DNA from: Nymphaea colorata
Taxonomy: Eukaryota
Direction of reading: 5' to 3'
DNA: 64,000 bases
Assembly (NCBI RefSeq): GCF_008831285.2
Contig: NC_045138.2
Location: 15,748,001 to 15,812,000, forward strand
Within the stretch, counting starts at the first letter, position 1. Each line of letters begins with the position of its first letter. The notes under the pieces are model-generated. The model was given only the letters and a program-made list of their open reading frames with translations, made no database searches and was not told the origin of the DNA. Positions 28,375 to 42,925 of the stretch are shown here, piece after piece. Position numbers and translations under genes: made by a program.

Positions 28375-28661
28375 TGTTGGTGTATGGAAGTTGATCCATA
28401 CTAGACACTCATTATGTAAGGGCATATATGTTATTTTGTACAAATGCGAGTTTGCCATAATCCTTATGTTTTGAGGATGGCCGCCGCTTGAGAGTGTCTG
28501 TTCTGTGTGTTCATAGAAGAGAGAGAATACAAGAGATCTGTGCGACCGTGGACGTATGAGATTATTGCTCTGAACCACGTAAATCGTTGTCTTCTTCCTT
28601 GTTGCTTCTAACCCCCTCTTGAGAGTGTGAGAGGAGAGTTTATTCTCTGTTGTTCCTAACA
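28375..28661 (+). mobile_element. Solo LTR (287 bp), probably Copia-type
   Basis: Begins TGTTGG and ends CCTAACA, flanked by a perfect 5-bp TSD CTCCT (28370-28374, 28662-28666). Contains a CCGTGGACGTA...GAACCACGTAAAT motif common in plant Copia LTRs. No adjacent PBS or PPT. Confidence 0.85.
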
Positions 28662-29060
28662 CTCCTATGGCTCATTTTAGCTTTAAATTCCACCATGCAG
28701 TAGTTTTCTCAAGGGGCATAAAGTAGATGAAAGGCACAGTGCAAGCCCTACCTTCGTGTTGTTGGGCACTATGTTCCTGGGCCATAAGGAGCGAGGTGTG
28801 GCACCAAGTTGATAATACAGTGTCTTGCCCGGATGTCAATACAAGCTAAAATCTTTGGGCCCAAGGAAATGGCTTTGGGGTCTTACGCCTCCAAGTGAAC
28901 AATGGCTTTGGGGGACTAAAGATGTGTTTGATAGTTTCAGATCTTAAATCCAAGACGGCATTAAAAGGTGCATTTTGAAAGATCCTCATATCTCAGTAGT
29001 CATAGATTTTAGTTCCATGCTACCATGGAATAAGGTCGGATGGACAGAGTCCGACCTTAA

Positions 29061-29291
29061 GGCCTCGTTTGATGAACAAGAAAAATACCATGCAACATGG
29101 ATTTTTTAAAAGTTTGTATGGTTTTGCATCAAACATAGGAAATTTTACCATGCGTTTTTCATTGAATTCAGAAAAAATTCTCCCTCAAAAAAGTCGGACC
29201 TCTTGAGGTCCGGCTTTCTTCCACGAAAAAATCTTCCTTTCGTATTGATAATTTCACCATGCAAAAAACTTCCTGTGCATCAAACGAAGCC
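29061..29291. mobile_element. Tourist-like (PIF/Harbinger) MITE, 231 bp
   Basis: TIRs GGCCTCGTTTGATGAACAAGAA and TTCCTGTGCATCAAACGAAGCC, TAA TSD on both sides (29058-29060, 29292-29294), and an internal palindrome AAGTCGGACCTCTTGAGGTCCGGCTT. Confidence 0.88.
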
Positions 29292-30478
29292 TAAATCTAT
29301 AAATTTGATCTCTTAAAAATTTCAAATGAGATCTAGGGTGAAACAAATATAGTGTTAGGTTTTTACTCTCTCTCTCTGTGTACAGGAGGGCTGACTGGTG
29401 AGTAAATCTGCCCACTATAGACACGTATCAGTTTGGAGCTTGGCTTGCTTTCCACATAACATAATGGAGTGAAGCCAAATGGAAGCGACAATGGATTGGA
29501 TACAGATCAGATATCTGATGGAACCACATCGAATCACTTTGATATGGAAGTGGCTTTCGAATCTTAAAAGAAAAGCAAGATATGAAAAGCACCATCAGGT
29601 TGGATTCAGATTCAGATTTGGTTACACACAAGTATTCGATCTCAAAATGGATGTCACCCGTCCGAATTGCAGCTATCCCAATAACCAGATCTGGTGGAGA
29701 GTACATTCGATCCAAATCCGTTCTCAAAAATTCTGAAAGCCTGAGCCACAAATCATGGACCTTCAACATTTTGGCGATCAGAGAAGGAATCAAGAGCTTT
29801 TTGGTACACGACAGTCCCCACCCATTGCATAAAGGAAATAAAAGAGAAAGCCAGAAAGAAAAAAGGAGGCTGTTCCAGAATCTGTCTCCTACCTTTATAC
29901 TTTCTCTGGCACTCTCTTAACCCGTGAAGGCTTGTCCTGAAGAGACGCCACTCTTTTTCATTTGAACATTCTTTTTCATTTGAACATGACATTAAATCAG
30001 ATAGACCTGACTTTTTTTCACCTTTATCATATATATATATATATATATATAACTAAAGGGTTATTAATTATTATGGCTATTATTAGTTCATATTTTCTTC
30101 TTTGTTTTTTAAAATCCAACGGTCTTCAAAGGTGAATTATTTGTCATTTGTAAGTAATAAGTAGAAAAAATAAACAGCTTAACTTCAATGGAAGAGATCA
30201 TCCTTACATCCAAAACACCAACTTTCTTAAATTGGCGAAAGAGTTGTTGAAAGAACTAGAAAGAGAAACGAGGAAGAAAAACAGTCGTCCAAGATCCACA
30301 GCCATTCATTGCTGGGCATCACCAGGATTATCGGAAGGATGGTTGGACAAAAAGTGGGTCGCCACAACAGGCACCATGCACCACGGAACGTATATAACCA
30401 AAAAACATGGCCTCTCCCCTTCCCAACCCAAGTTCTTCCATGCCAATCCCTCCCCGTGCCTTGATCTCGCCGGAAAAA

Positions 30479-32903
30479 ATGTCAGCCACCCTTCTCGTCG
30501 CCGGATTCCTCCTCCTCCTCGCCGCCGCCACTGCCAACGCTCACGGTAAATCACCTATCCTTTATGAAACTTTTAGCTCATGATGGCATATGAAGTCCAC
30601 CTCCGGCCTCTGTTTAATGAAATTGTTTTCCTTTTGTTCTCAAAAACAGAAGCACTTTTAAAGGTCTTTGAATTATATGACCATCGAATTATGAGTTGAA
30701 TTGATATATTAAAGAGATGCACAACCATGTCCTTCTTGATCTTCTTTCTTCTACTACTGCTACATTTTGTTGCAGATGCACACGTCATATTCGGGTACAC
30801 TGGTTCGAATGGGCCGGACAAATGGGGCAGCCTGAGGCCGGAGTTCGCGAAATGTTCCACCGGAAAGTTTCAGTCGCCGATCAACATCAACAGGAGCGAG
30901 GCAGTCGGAAACTCAGACTTGACCTCCTTGGTCAGGGACTACAGTCAAACGGCCAACGCTTCCTTGGTCGACCTTGGCTTCAACGTTGCGGTCCGTTCCT
31001 TTATCCTTAGGCTAGCCCTTCCAGAGTAAAACTTTTCTTCGGAATCAGGACAGTTTTGATTAAATAAAATTTTTATAAAAAAAAATTTACAAAGCTCAAA
31101 TTTATTTTTCAAAGTTATTGCACCAAAGACAGCATATATGCTAATTATAGATACGTGTAGCCAAGTACTTGAATCGATATGTGGGTATAGTGACATGGAT
31201 ATATTGGTACAGTTGTATTTCAAAACTTATAATACTTTATCTTTTAAAATTTAATTTTTGCAATAGCTTTGATTTTTTTTCCTTCTTTTTTATTGTTCTT
31301 CTTAGAGTCCATATTTTTCTCTTATTTTTCGACAATTTTGAAAAATGGCATACCTTACTTACACTGCCATACATGATACATGTACTGTACCTCGTTTCCA
31401 TCCTTTGATTTTATATTAATAAAATACAACACCTGAGCTTTCTCGTTGCGTGTGCACACAACAATCATATGCCAAAAAAACCATTTTTGAAATAATAGAA
31501 AAAAAAAAGTGTTCATTTGTGTCTTTTCACTTTTTTTATTTTTATTTTTAAAATTCTTTTTCCGTGGTTTGATATAAATGAACAGAAATGACATTTTTGT
31601 GCACCATATATAACAAGTATATAACGAGGTTTGATATAAATGCGTAGGTGAAATGGGAGGAAGATGCAGGAGTCTTGACCATTGATGACAAGAATTACAC
31701 GCTCAAAAGCATGCACTGGCATACGCCCTCCGAGCATACTCTTGACGGTATGAGGTAAGCGGAAGCAGCTTATATGTTCGGACATCGAACATGTTTAGGA
31801 TCCAAATGACTAAGATACCCCCTTTCAAAAAGGGAGATCCTCTTACAAGAAAGAAAAAAAAAAATTGGTTTTTCTTAGAGGACCAAAACATCTTTCACAG
31901 GGTCACGTCTCACAGGTCGAACATGCCATTGGGTGTTCAGATGACTAAGTTTGTAAAAAGGGGTCGAACATGTACCAGGGTGTTCGGGGCCGAACACCTA
32001 ACACGCCCTCCATAAGAAGCCAAGAATTATGTGCAATGAATTTTTATGAATTATATTGATTTTTGCGTTTAAATATTGTAATCCACCATGAAAATTTGTG
32101 GGGCTGCAGGTTTCCGGTGGAGCTGCATCTTGTCCACGAGAGTGATGACGGAAGCATCTCGGTCGTGGCCATTCTTTACGCTTATGGGGATGCCGACCCC
32201 TTCCTCGAGCAGGTAATCTTATTCATATATATTAGGAACAAAAATGTAAGTGTTTCATGAATTTATTCTAAAACATTCACAAGATCTGAATATGCGCTTC
32301 GTTTAAATTCATTCAGGTCGAGGTCAAATTTATAAACGATAATTAGAACATCGATTCAGTTTGAATCTTCAGTTCGTTTCTGAACAGAATATGGTTTTTT
32401 TGCACAGGAATTTAAGTATGTTCATTAAATATATGCATTTGCGTGCATTCATCTCTTGTTATTATGAAACTGCAGTTTGTGGAGCCGTTCGGGAGAATGG
32501 CAAACGAGACGTGTTCGGAGGATGAGGATGTGGAGATACCGGTGGGGCAAGTGAAGACCCGGAGCATGAGCCGCGGTACCCGGAAGTATTACAGATACGT
32601 CGGCTCCCTCACTACCCCTCCCTGCACCGAGAATGTCATCTGGAATGTCCTAGGAAAGGTGAGCCCTAATTCCATGCAGAAAAATTATGCACCGGTCACA
32701 AATTTGTCGTACTGAATTTTTTGTCAAGTGTTTGATAGTATTTTAATGGCGGATACCTACACTTGCAGGTGAGGCAGCTCTCTAAAGACCAGGCGAAGAT
32801 GATCAAGTCGCCATTGGGGATGGCATATAAGAACAATTCAAGGCCGCTGCAGCCACTCAATGGAAGGAAAGTGCAGCTCTACAATGAAGCGTTTGAATTC
32901 TGA
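30479..32903 (+). CDS. Alpha carbonic anhydrase, secretory-pathway type; exons 30479-30545, 30776-30990, 31648-31754, 32110-32212, 32476-32658, 32769-32903
   Basis: Signal peptide [22 protein letters not shown], then GPDKWG, QSPINI, the zinc-ligand motifs MHWHTPSEH and [25 protein letters not shown] and [11 protein letters not shown]. In-frame upstream ATGs at 30407 and 30440 make the start uncertain. TATATAA at 30391. Confidence 0.95.
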
Positions 32904-33443
32904 GCCGACCCAGCCGTCTTCCCGATTCCCGGGAAATAAGGCACCCCTAGATCCACTCTTATGGATCATCATGTACTAATCAAACACTGATCATCATGTT
33001 ACATTTTATGCAGCAATGCTATGTGCAAGTCTTCTATTTTCTTGTTAATGTATACACATGCCCAAGAACTAGTTCGTGAAATATAGAGACTTAGTAAATA
33101 TAAAATCGTTGGTAGTTCTCAAGATAACATTATTTTTCCAAAGAATGCGACTTCTCTTTTAAATTTTAAATGTAACTTTAAATGTTTACCGTATGAGCCA
33201 TCAATTAAGTTGATTGAGCACATATATATATATATAAAGATAAAATAAATTAAAGAGTGAAGATCCGAGGGAGGAAATGTTCATCAAACCAAAAATGCAC
33301 TAAAGTTCAAGAACATCTTGTCTCCAAATGACGACCGGGACAAGTTATTGAGAAAAACTGCAACAAAACTAGTGTAGCCAAATTTGCAGGAAAAGGCAAA
33401 CTCTGGAAGCGATGTTCCCTCACACCAGCGGCCCCTCCTTTCC

Positions 33444-34999
33444 CTAAGCAAAAGGGTAGGAAGCATCGATGGCGATGCCGCAGATGCCTCCTTTCTGGTT
33501 TACGTCGCGCTTCATCCTGATGTATCCATCTTCTCCCCACTCTGTCCCCCACGAATTCTTAACTATCCAGAACTTGGTGCCGTCGTCGTCGTCGTCGATG
33601 CCGTAGCCCACGACCGCAACTCCGTGGTCGAGTTCGGTGCCGCACTCGCCGGCGAAGATGCCGGAGGAGTAGAAGCGGAAGTCCAGGGACGAGGCCTCGA
33701 TGCCCACGGAGACAGGCTGCTTGGCGACGGCGCGGAGCAGCGCCTTCTCGTCGTTGGCCGGCACGCGCTCATGTCCGGCTATGATGGAGGAGTTGCCGTT
33801 GGCCCTGACCCCTTTGTTGCACTTCTCGTCCACGCCGGCGTAAGGGTAGGCCTTCTCGGAGGCGAGGCCGTGGTGCTGGAGGGCGAAGTCGAAGGCGGTG
33901 GTCATCTCCCCGCCTCCGCAGCCGCGGTCGTTAACGTCGCAGTCCACGAGCTGCTGCTCGGAGAGGTCGACCAGCGTCCCCTCCTTGATCATGATGATCC
34001 CCTCAATGGCGGCCACCGCCGAGAACGCCCAGCAGGAACCTGTGCACATACTAAAAAAATCTTCATACTTTTTGTTTGCCTTTATTTTAAAATGTTATTC
34101 TATTTCTTATAAAGTTTCTTTTACATTTATGAAAGATCATACAATACAAATGCAACTCTGAACAACCCTTTAACAATCCACTTATATGATTGCATTTAAT
34201 TTGAAAACTTCGCAAGTATCAGTCTTAGAACGAGTACTGTTTAATATTTTGAGAGATCTCTCCCAATTTTTGTCAGTAACATGCATGTAGCAATACTGCA
34301 TACATATGATTCTATACCATTTATTTTTCTTTCCTTGATAGCTTCAACAGGGTTAAATATCTACAACCAAGATAGCGAACTCGTTACGTTTTTATAAGCA
34401 TCAAGGCAAGTTGCTGACCATATTGTTCATGTCCGCTAGATAGTATTTAATGAGCATATATATGCAAACTATAATGTAATATGCATGACAAAATACATAT
34501 ATACATGCATATACTGAAGGAGAGAGAGAGAGAGAGACTCACCACAGTCACCTTGATCCTGAATGGGGGTGACAGCTCCCTTCTTCCTCCAATCAATACT
34601 CACTGGCACATTCTCGTCACCGGCATCCATGGTGGACGACACAGCCGGCCGCCGGGATGCCTTAGAACCCTGCTTGGAGGACCTAAACCCACATCGCGTG
34701 CGGCTGAACTCCTCTTCAGTCTGGTCTGCGAACTGGTTCGCAGTCAGCTTGTAGGACCGGTTCTGGCCATTAACAAAATCAACGTACTCCACATTCTTCT
34801 TGAAGACGGGGAAGCGCCGAGCTGCTTCCTTAGCATCCTCGTTGCGGCCATACTTGATCATCCACTGGTGGTACCTCTCGATCATGTCTTGATCATTATT
34901 CATTGCAGCATCTTCAATAGGCAAGCGAGAGGAAACCAGAGGAGCCCATAGAAGAACTGCTACAAAGAAGAGCACCATTGATTCAACTCTTGAATCCAT
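33444..34999 (-). CDS. Papain-like (C1A) cysteine protease, SAG12/SAG39-like; exons 34999-34543 and 34039-33444
   Basis: Signal peptide, I29 prodomain with ERFNIN-type [44 protein letters not shown] (catalytic Cys), LDHGV (His) and KNSWG (Asn). No KDEL or granulin tail. Confidence 0.96.
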
Positions 35000-36232
35000 T
35001 CCTACAACTATACAGCCAAGCTAGCTAGGACTCAGTTGTGCCCAGGAAGCCCCAAACTTTCAACCCTACTTATAGCCTTCTCTTGGTCTCGTTTATTCTT
35101 AAATGAATTCAAGATTTGATTAATGTAATTGAAGCTCAGAGCAATTCACTTTCTACACGTACGTTATTACTTGCCTTTTTGGACTATTAGCAATCAAGGC
35201 AATGGTTTGAATAATTCATCTTCCATTTGTTGGTCGTCTTTATCTGCAAGTAGGGTTTTCACTAGCCGAATGTAAAAAGTCATTAATGGAGGCCTTTGCA
35301 AATGCACTGTAACGGCTCTTCCATTGCGAGATTTACAAACCAGATAAAATGAGAAATGGAGCATTTTTTGGCACTGTCTACAGGCTCTATGCTTTAAAAG
35401 CTTGCGGACTAGCTGTTACATTCATGGTAAAGAGACAAGTGGAGTTTAAAATTGAAGTCATATAGGAGCACAGCTACTAATTGGCTGGCAGCCGAATCTC
35501 AAAATTTGAAAGGTTGATGTAATATAATTACTATGGTTTTTCCTCAATGGGCATGGATCTATATTATTCAAATGTTAAGGTTGACATTTAAGGAGTCGTT
35601 TGGCAGGAAGAATACTCTGTGAGTGTTTCATGCATCTATTCAAAGATTGAGGCAGATTCATGAAACACTAATTTATGAGACAACACTCAAAGAGTGCCCT
35701 TGCAACCGAAGAACCCCTAAACTTGTGATGCTAAAGTCAGGTCCTAGGCTAGAGTGTCAAGGTTTAGGACTGGGTCATGTCATGTGCAAGCTCAGTCCTC
35801 TTGTATCGTGCATGTTTTGTTTGACTTGGTCCTAGACCATTATGTTATTTCAAACGGAATAGACCACCCAGATGAACTCAGTGGAACAACAGATGCCAGT
35901 AATTTCTTTGAAGGTAGACGGTGAATGACGTTTTTGATTAGCAGATGCAACTGAAAAACAGTTTCACATCAAGGAAATGGATCTTCGTGAAGCTCGTTTA
36001 TGCAGTTCAGCTTCACGCAGACTAGGGGTGTGGGTGGCCGGAGCCTACTTGAAATTTTGAGCAGTTAAGGTACAGATCCACCCCGCTGTAATTCTCCAGT
36101 AATCGTCCCCACGCTACTAGTCTTCTGCGTCACCTCAGCTTGCTACCAAAGAAGAGAAGAAAGAAGATGAAGGTGGGTAAGCATCTTGTTTGGGTCAAAT
36201 TAACCATCGCCGTAGTCGACCACTTCGGTGAT

Positions 36233-36416
36233 TTCTCCTTTGTAGAAATAGAACAGAACTGCTGCTTAGGACTATTCCACTTTGCCTCATTTTCTTAGTT
36301 CAACTGTTTGTTCTCTAATATTTCTTTTCTCCTTCGTAGAAATAGAACTGAACTGCTGCTTAGGTTATTCCACTTTGAGTCAATTTCGTAGTTCTATTTG
36401 TTCTCGAATATTTCTT
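36233..36416. repeat. Diverged ~95-bp tandem duplication
   Basis: TTCTCCTT(T/C)GTAGAAATAGAAC(A/T)GAACTGCTGCTTAGG...TATTCCACTTTG...TTTGTTCTC occurs at 36233 and again at about 36328. Confidence 0.85.
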
Positions 36417-36513
36417 GTCCTTCAAACATGGCGTGGATTGGCACAACAGAAAAATTCCTCCCACCATGGTTATAAGGTGCGGGAAAATTCCTGGAGCTTC
36501 AACGGAGTAAACC

Positions 36514-37254
36514 TAAGCCTGGGCATCCGGTCCGGGCCTTGAAAAATGGTTTAAGGGGCTTTTCTTATTGGGCTCCTGCCTGGACCGGGCATTAACGGGT
36601 CGGACTCGGGTTTAAATACATGTTGTCGGGGCCCAAAAAACCCGGTTACTTAATTTTTTTTTTTTTTAATTATGTTAGGGTTTCTTCAACGTCCATTCTT
36701 TCTCTCCCGTTCGAGACTTCGACCATCGTTCATTCAGCTCTGCAACTGCCGGAGCCTCCTCCGCCTTCGGTTCTCCAAGTCCCTGTCGCCCGTCGCCCAT
36801 CGAGGCTAGAAAGATTCTGCATAGTATCCTCAATCCACTGCCCTCTGACCGTCCCCACCACCCTTCTATGTGTGAAGGTGAGAGAGGGAGAGGGATTGAT
36901 TCAAGCGGAAGCCGCGCTGCCACCTCAAACAACCTCCATTCTGTTCGGAGAAGTTGCCGCCGTCGTCGTCTGCTTGAAGCTTGTATCCGGGCAATTGAAA
37001 GGGAGGGGGAAGGGAAAAGAGGGAAGGCGCAGAGCAACGAAAGGAGGGAGGCACACCCTTCCCTGCCTCTCCTTCCCTTGGGCATTGGATCTGTTCATCA
37101 CCGTTCCGCTGTTGTGATACTTCTTCTCCCTTCATTCTCCTCCGTTTCTCTTCAGCTTTAACGGGCTTGCATTTGAACATTTTTTCTCTTCAGCTTTAAC
37201 GGGCTTGCATTTTAACATTTTTTTGGGGCTAGGCCGGCCCGATGCCCAGCCCTA
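36514..37254. mobile_element. Non-autonomous hAT-type DNA transposon, 741 bp
   Basis: Imperfect TIRs TAAGCCTGGGCATCCGGTCCGG and CCGGCCCGATGCCCAGCCCTA, with a perfect 8-bp TSD AGTAAACC (36506-36513, 37255-37262). No transposase sequence recognised. Confidence 0.9.
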
Positions 37255-38040
37255 AGTAAACCTAAGTTTTACCATGTCAAATGAGCAAAGTCCACACCGA
37301 CAGTCATTTAACCGCAATGTAAATGAAAATGATTCTGTTTGTGCCGCTCCCAATTAGCTAAAAGATGAAATTTGCACTTTTATATCGTCGCAACTGGCGT
37401 CTAAAGAGGGGAGAGGGGGGTTTATTTCATGTCATGAGAAAATGGCACTTTCGGAAAGATAAAATGACATCTAGATAGTACTTATTTAAAACTGAATCAT
37501 TTTTCAAGACAGCACGGTTGAAAACTTGGAAGAGATTCCCTGGAGAAAATGCGGGAGTAAACACCACCCAAATTGAGTTCGGAACTGGGGAACTTTAGTT
37601 CAGCTCAGATAACTCAATTAGAGGCTTGAGTTCAGCTTGACCAATATGTTTGAACCCTACCTTCAGTTAAGTCAGGTTCAACCCTAATATAAGGGAAGAA
37701 AGGAAAAACAATGCTCATGAACTGATCGCGCTAGCGCGAGATAGTAGCACGATTTAGGCCACATTAAAGGAAAATCATAGACCATTTGGTTCACAATTCA
37801 TATCCAAGGCCGAGAAGCTTCCAAAAGTTAAAACGCATGAGATGAGGAAAACAGGGACCAATAAGGTAGCAATAACAGCACATGAAAGAGTTCCTTTTCA
37901 ATTCAAATTGCCTAATGTCTAGAAACAAAGAAAATTACGGTCACTGTTCACCAAAAACTTGAATGAAAAACAAAAGACGCAAAAACTCCTCAAAAAAAAT
38001 AAGTGAAGCCAACTAGGAGAGGACCATTTGCTGGGATACA

Positions 38041-40493
<2,453 letters not shown>

Positions 40494-40564
40494 TGTCTTC
40501 TTCGAAGGATCCGAACACGAAGGTCTCTGCCTCTGGCTCGCTAGAGCTCCCCGCGGCCGCTCTC

Positions 40565-40622
40565 TAGGGTTTTGGAGGTAGACGTAAGGGAAGCAAAAAT
40601 TTGCCCTAGCGGCTTTATATAG
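40565..40622 (-). promoter_or_regulatory. RPS25 core promoter: TATA box and telo-box
   Basis: Minus-strand CTATATAAAG near 40613-40622 and AAACCCTA near 40565-40572, upstream of the ATG. Confidence 0.65.
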
Positions 40623-42925
40623 ACAATTTTTCTCATTGCACCCTCGCGCTTTCCTGGTTTTGTGATACCCGCCAAAAGAAAACGAAATTTGTGGAAACGG
40701 GTTTCATTAGTGGAAATGGAGCTGTGGTATTTGATCCGGCCAACTTTAGAAGTAGACATTGATTGAAAAACATAATCGTCCCCAAATTCCAATTTAAATC
40801 AATAAATAATCAATTTAATGACAATTAGATATCCAATTTTTCAGTCCAATTTAGCTTCAAACCTGAACAAATATTCAACGACTTAAGGTACATTATGACA
40901 ACTTGCAAGATACACAAGATCAATAGTTGTATTGCTACTAAGTAGTATTGCAATATTCATTCTTTTAATCTTACTTCATTGATCATGTAGGTATCAGATC
41001 ATCCTTCTAATTTTCCAGATCTTGGTAATTTCCAATTCCTTTATCTTGTGAAAACTGAACTACTTCATGGCATTTAATGCTGCTAGAAGATCATTTACGA
41101 GAAAAACTTTCGAGCCAATAAGTTAGCGACTTTAAAATTTGGAGCAACACATGAATTCCTGGACCCAAATCATCTTTTTATACGATTATAGATGCTTTTG
41201 TATACAGTTATACTTATTTAAAACATGTGGGCGGAGATATTTTTTTTATCATGCTTATGAACAAGTGCTTAGCAACTTCTTCCATGTTTATGACTAAATC
41301 CCCTTTAGACATACAATAAATAAGTGAACATATTGATCTAATCCTAATCCAATCACGAATATCCCTAACTTTGCTTACAAGACAAGTTCCATTGCAAGAA
41401 TTCAAATCGAATCATCCTATTGCACCATCATTTAATTTTTCGCCCTCGCATGATAAGTAAACGAGTTAATGTAAACCTCAAGTAAGCCTCGACTATGGTG
41501 CCATTAACTCACGAAACCAGTCTCCTCCCCAAGTCAACTAGGGCCATTAGCTCAAGGGTAGGGTAGAGCAGACGTGGGCATCGTGCGGGCAATTGCTTAC
41601 ACATACCAACAAAAAATACTTATTTTTATATTGATGACACGCGATATTTTTTTTCGGCCTCTTAAAAATTTAAAGTTTTATAACTAGTTACACTGTTCGG
41701 TTAAAAATTTAAAGTTTTATAACTAGTTACACTGTTCGGTGCAACGTGACAGCCCTTTTAACCGCTGAAAATCTAAAAAAGGTAAGCAAGTGCGTAGAAA
41801 ACTTGAAAGCAAAGAGTGTATAAATGGAGACAATGAGAAGGAAAAACTGCAATGCATTGTTTCGTTCATTTAAAAAGACAGTATATGGACTCAATTGTAC
41901 TTAGAAAGGTGTCTCAAATAAAAAGGTACTTCCTTACAAGTAAACAAACATAAATAAATGGTTCATGTAAAGCAAGAGAAAACTACACGAACAGGAAAAC
42001 ACCCACTATCCTCTTACTTGACCTCTGTTTATGCTTAATACTCTTCATGATCCGCGATCAACCGAAATTGGACTCATCTGATTTCATATTATTCGGAACC
42101 ATCTCTTGGGCCATTTATGCTTTCAAACATAAGCTTGACACGAGAAAGGGAGAAGATAGAGACGATGAGAAAAGGGTGAGGATGAAAAAGAAGATAAGCT
42201 TGGAGCGAGTTCCTTACTTGTCGGCACACAGTCTGGGCAGAATACAATGTGTTTGTTGAGCGTGACCAAGTTCGCGAACCCGGGCACAAGATCCCGAAAA
42301 CTCCATCACTGCAACTGCGGCGATCGGCGGCCGAGAACCTGCATCTCCCGGCTTTCCTGGAGCCGGGAAAGTTCAAACGGCGGCGAAGTCCGACCGGCCT
42401 TCCCCGTGGGTAGGTGGGCCCCATTTCATATGGCCCCACCGCACCACTCCCGGTTCCCAATAACCGCGATACGTTTGGCATGCGGCGTGTTGGAAACGGG
42501 CTTTTGGATGATGGATCTGGATCTGGGTCCAAATTATGCTATTCAATAAATGATCCAGATGAACCCCGGACCAGAGCCCCAGGCTATTCTTGCTATGGCC
42601 TGGTTGACCAAGCCCAGTCTCGTGGCTCCGTGACCCGACTCAGTCGGATCCCATTGCATTGACGGAATTTTGGATTTGAATCTAGATCTGAATCTAAACC
42701 GGCCCGATAAAGGACCAAAATCCACCCTCCGCTTAAACCCAGCTGCCTTACCAGGGTTGGGGAGTCATCGCTATCCGATAGATGAAAACCACGTCCGAAT
42801 CCGGTTTCCGGTTTTGATGGAGACCATATAAGCAGCCGGATAGGCTCTGTCACTGCTGATACGCGCGATCAGGAAGGGTGAGAGATAGAGGGAGAGCGAG
42901 AGAAAGAGGGGCAGTGTGAGTGGTG

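Noticed and set aside
33384..34112. 242-aa plus-strand ORF (and 34481-34951)
   Set aside because: Antisense shadow of the GC-rich cysteine protease exons, with no independent motif.
36620..37180. Several 100-165-aa ORFs inside the hAT element
   Set aside because: GC-rich low-complexity sequence that is open in several frames, with no transposase or host-protein motif.
41541..41570. GGGCCATTAGCTCAAGGGTAGGGTAGAGCA resembles a tRNA 5' end/A-box
   Set aside because: No anticodon arm, T-loop/B-box or acceptor partner follows. The sequence runs into a MITE-like repeat also seen near 50792 and 52277.
42089..42853. Overlapping ORFs in the GC-rich region upstream of IF1
   Set aside because: Promoter-proximal CpG-rich and GGATCT-repeat sequence with no coherent gene structure.
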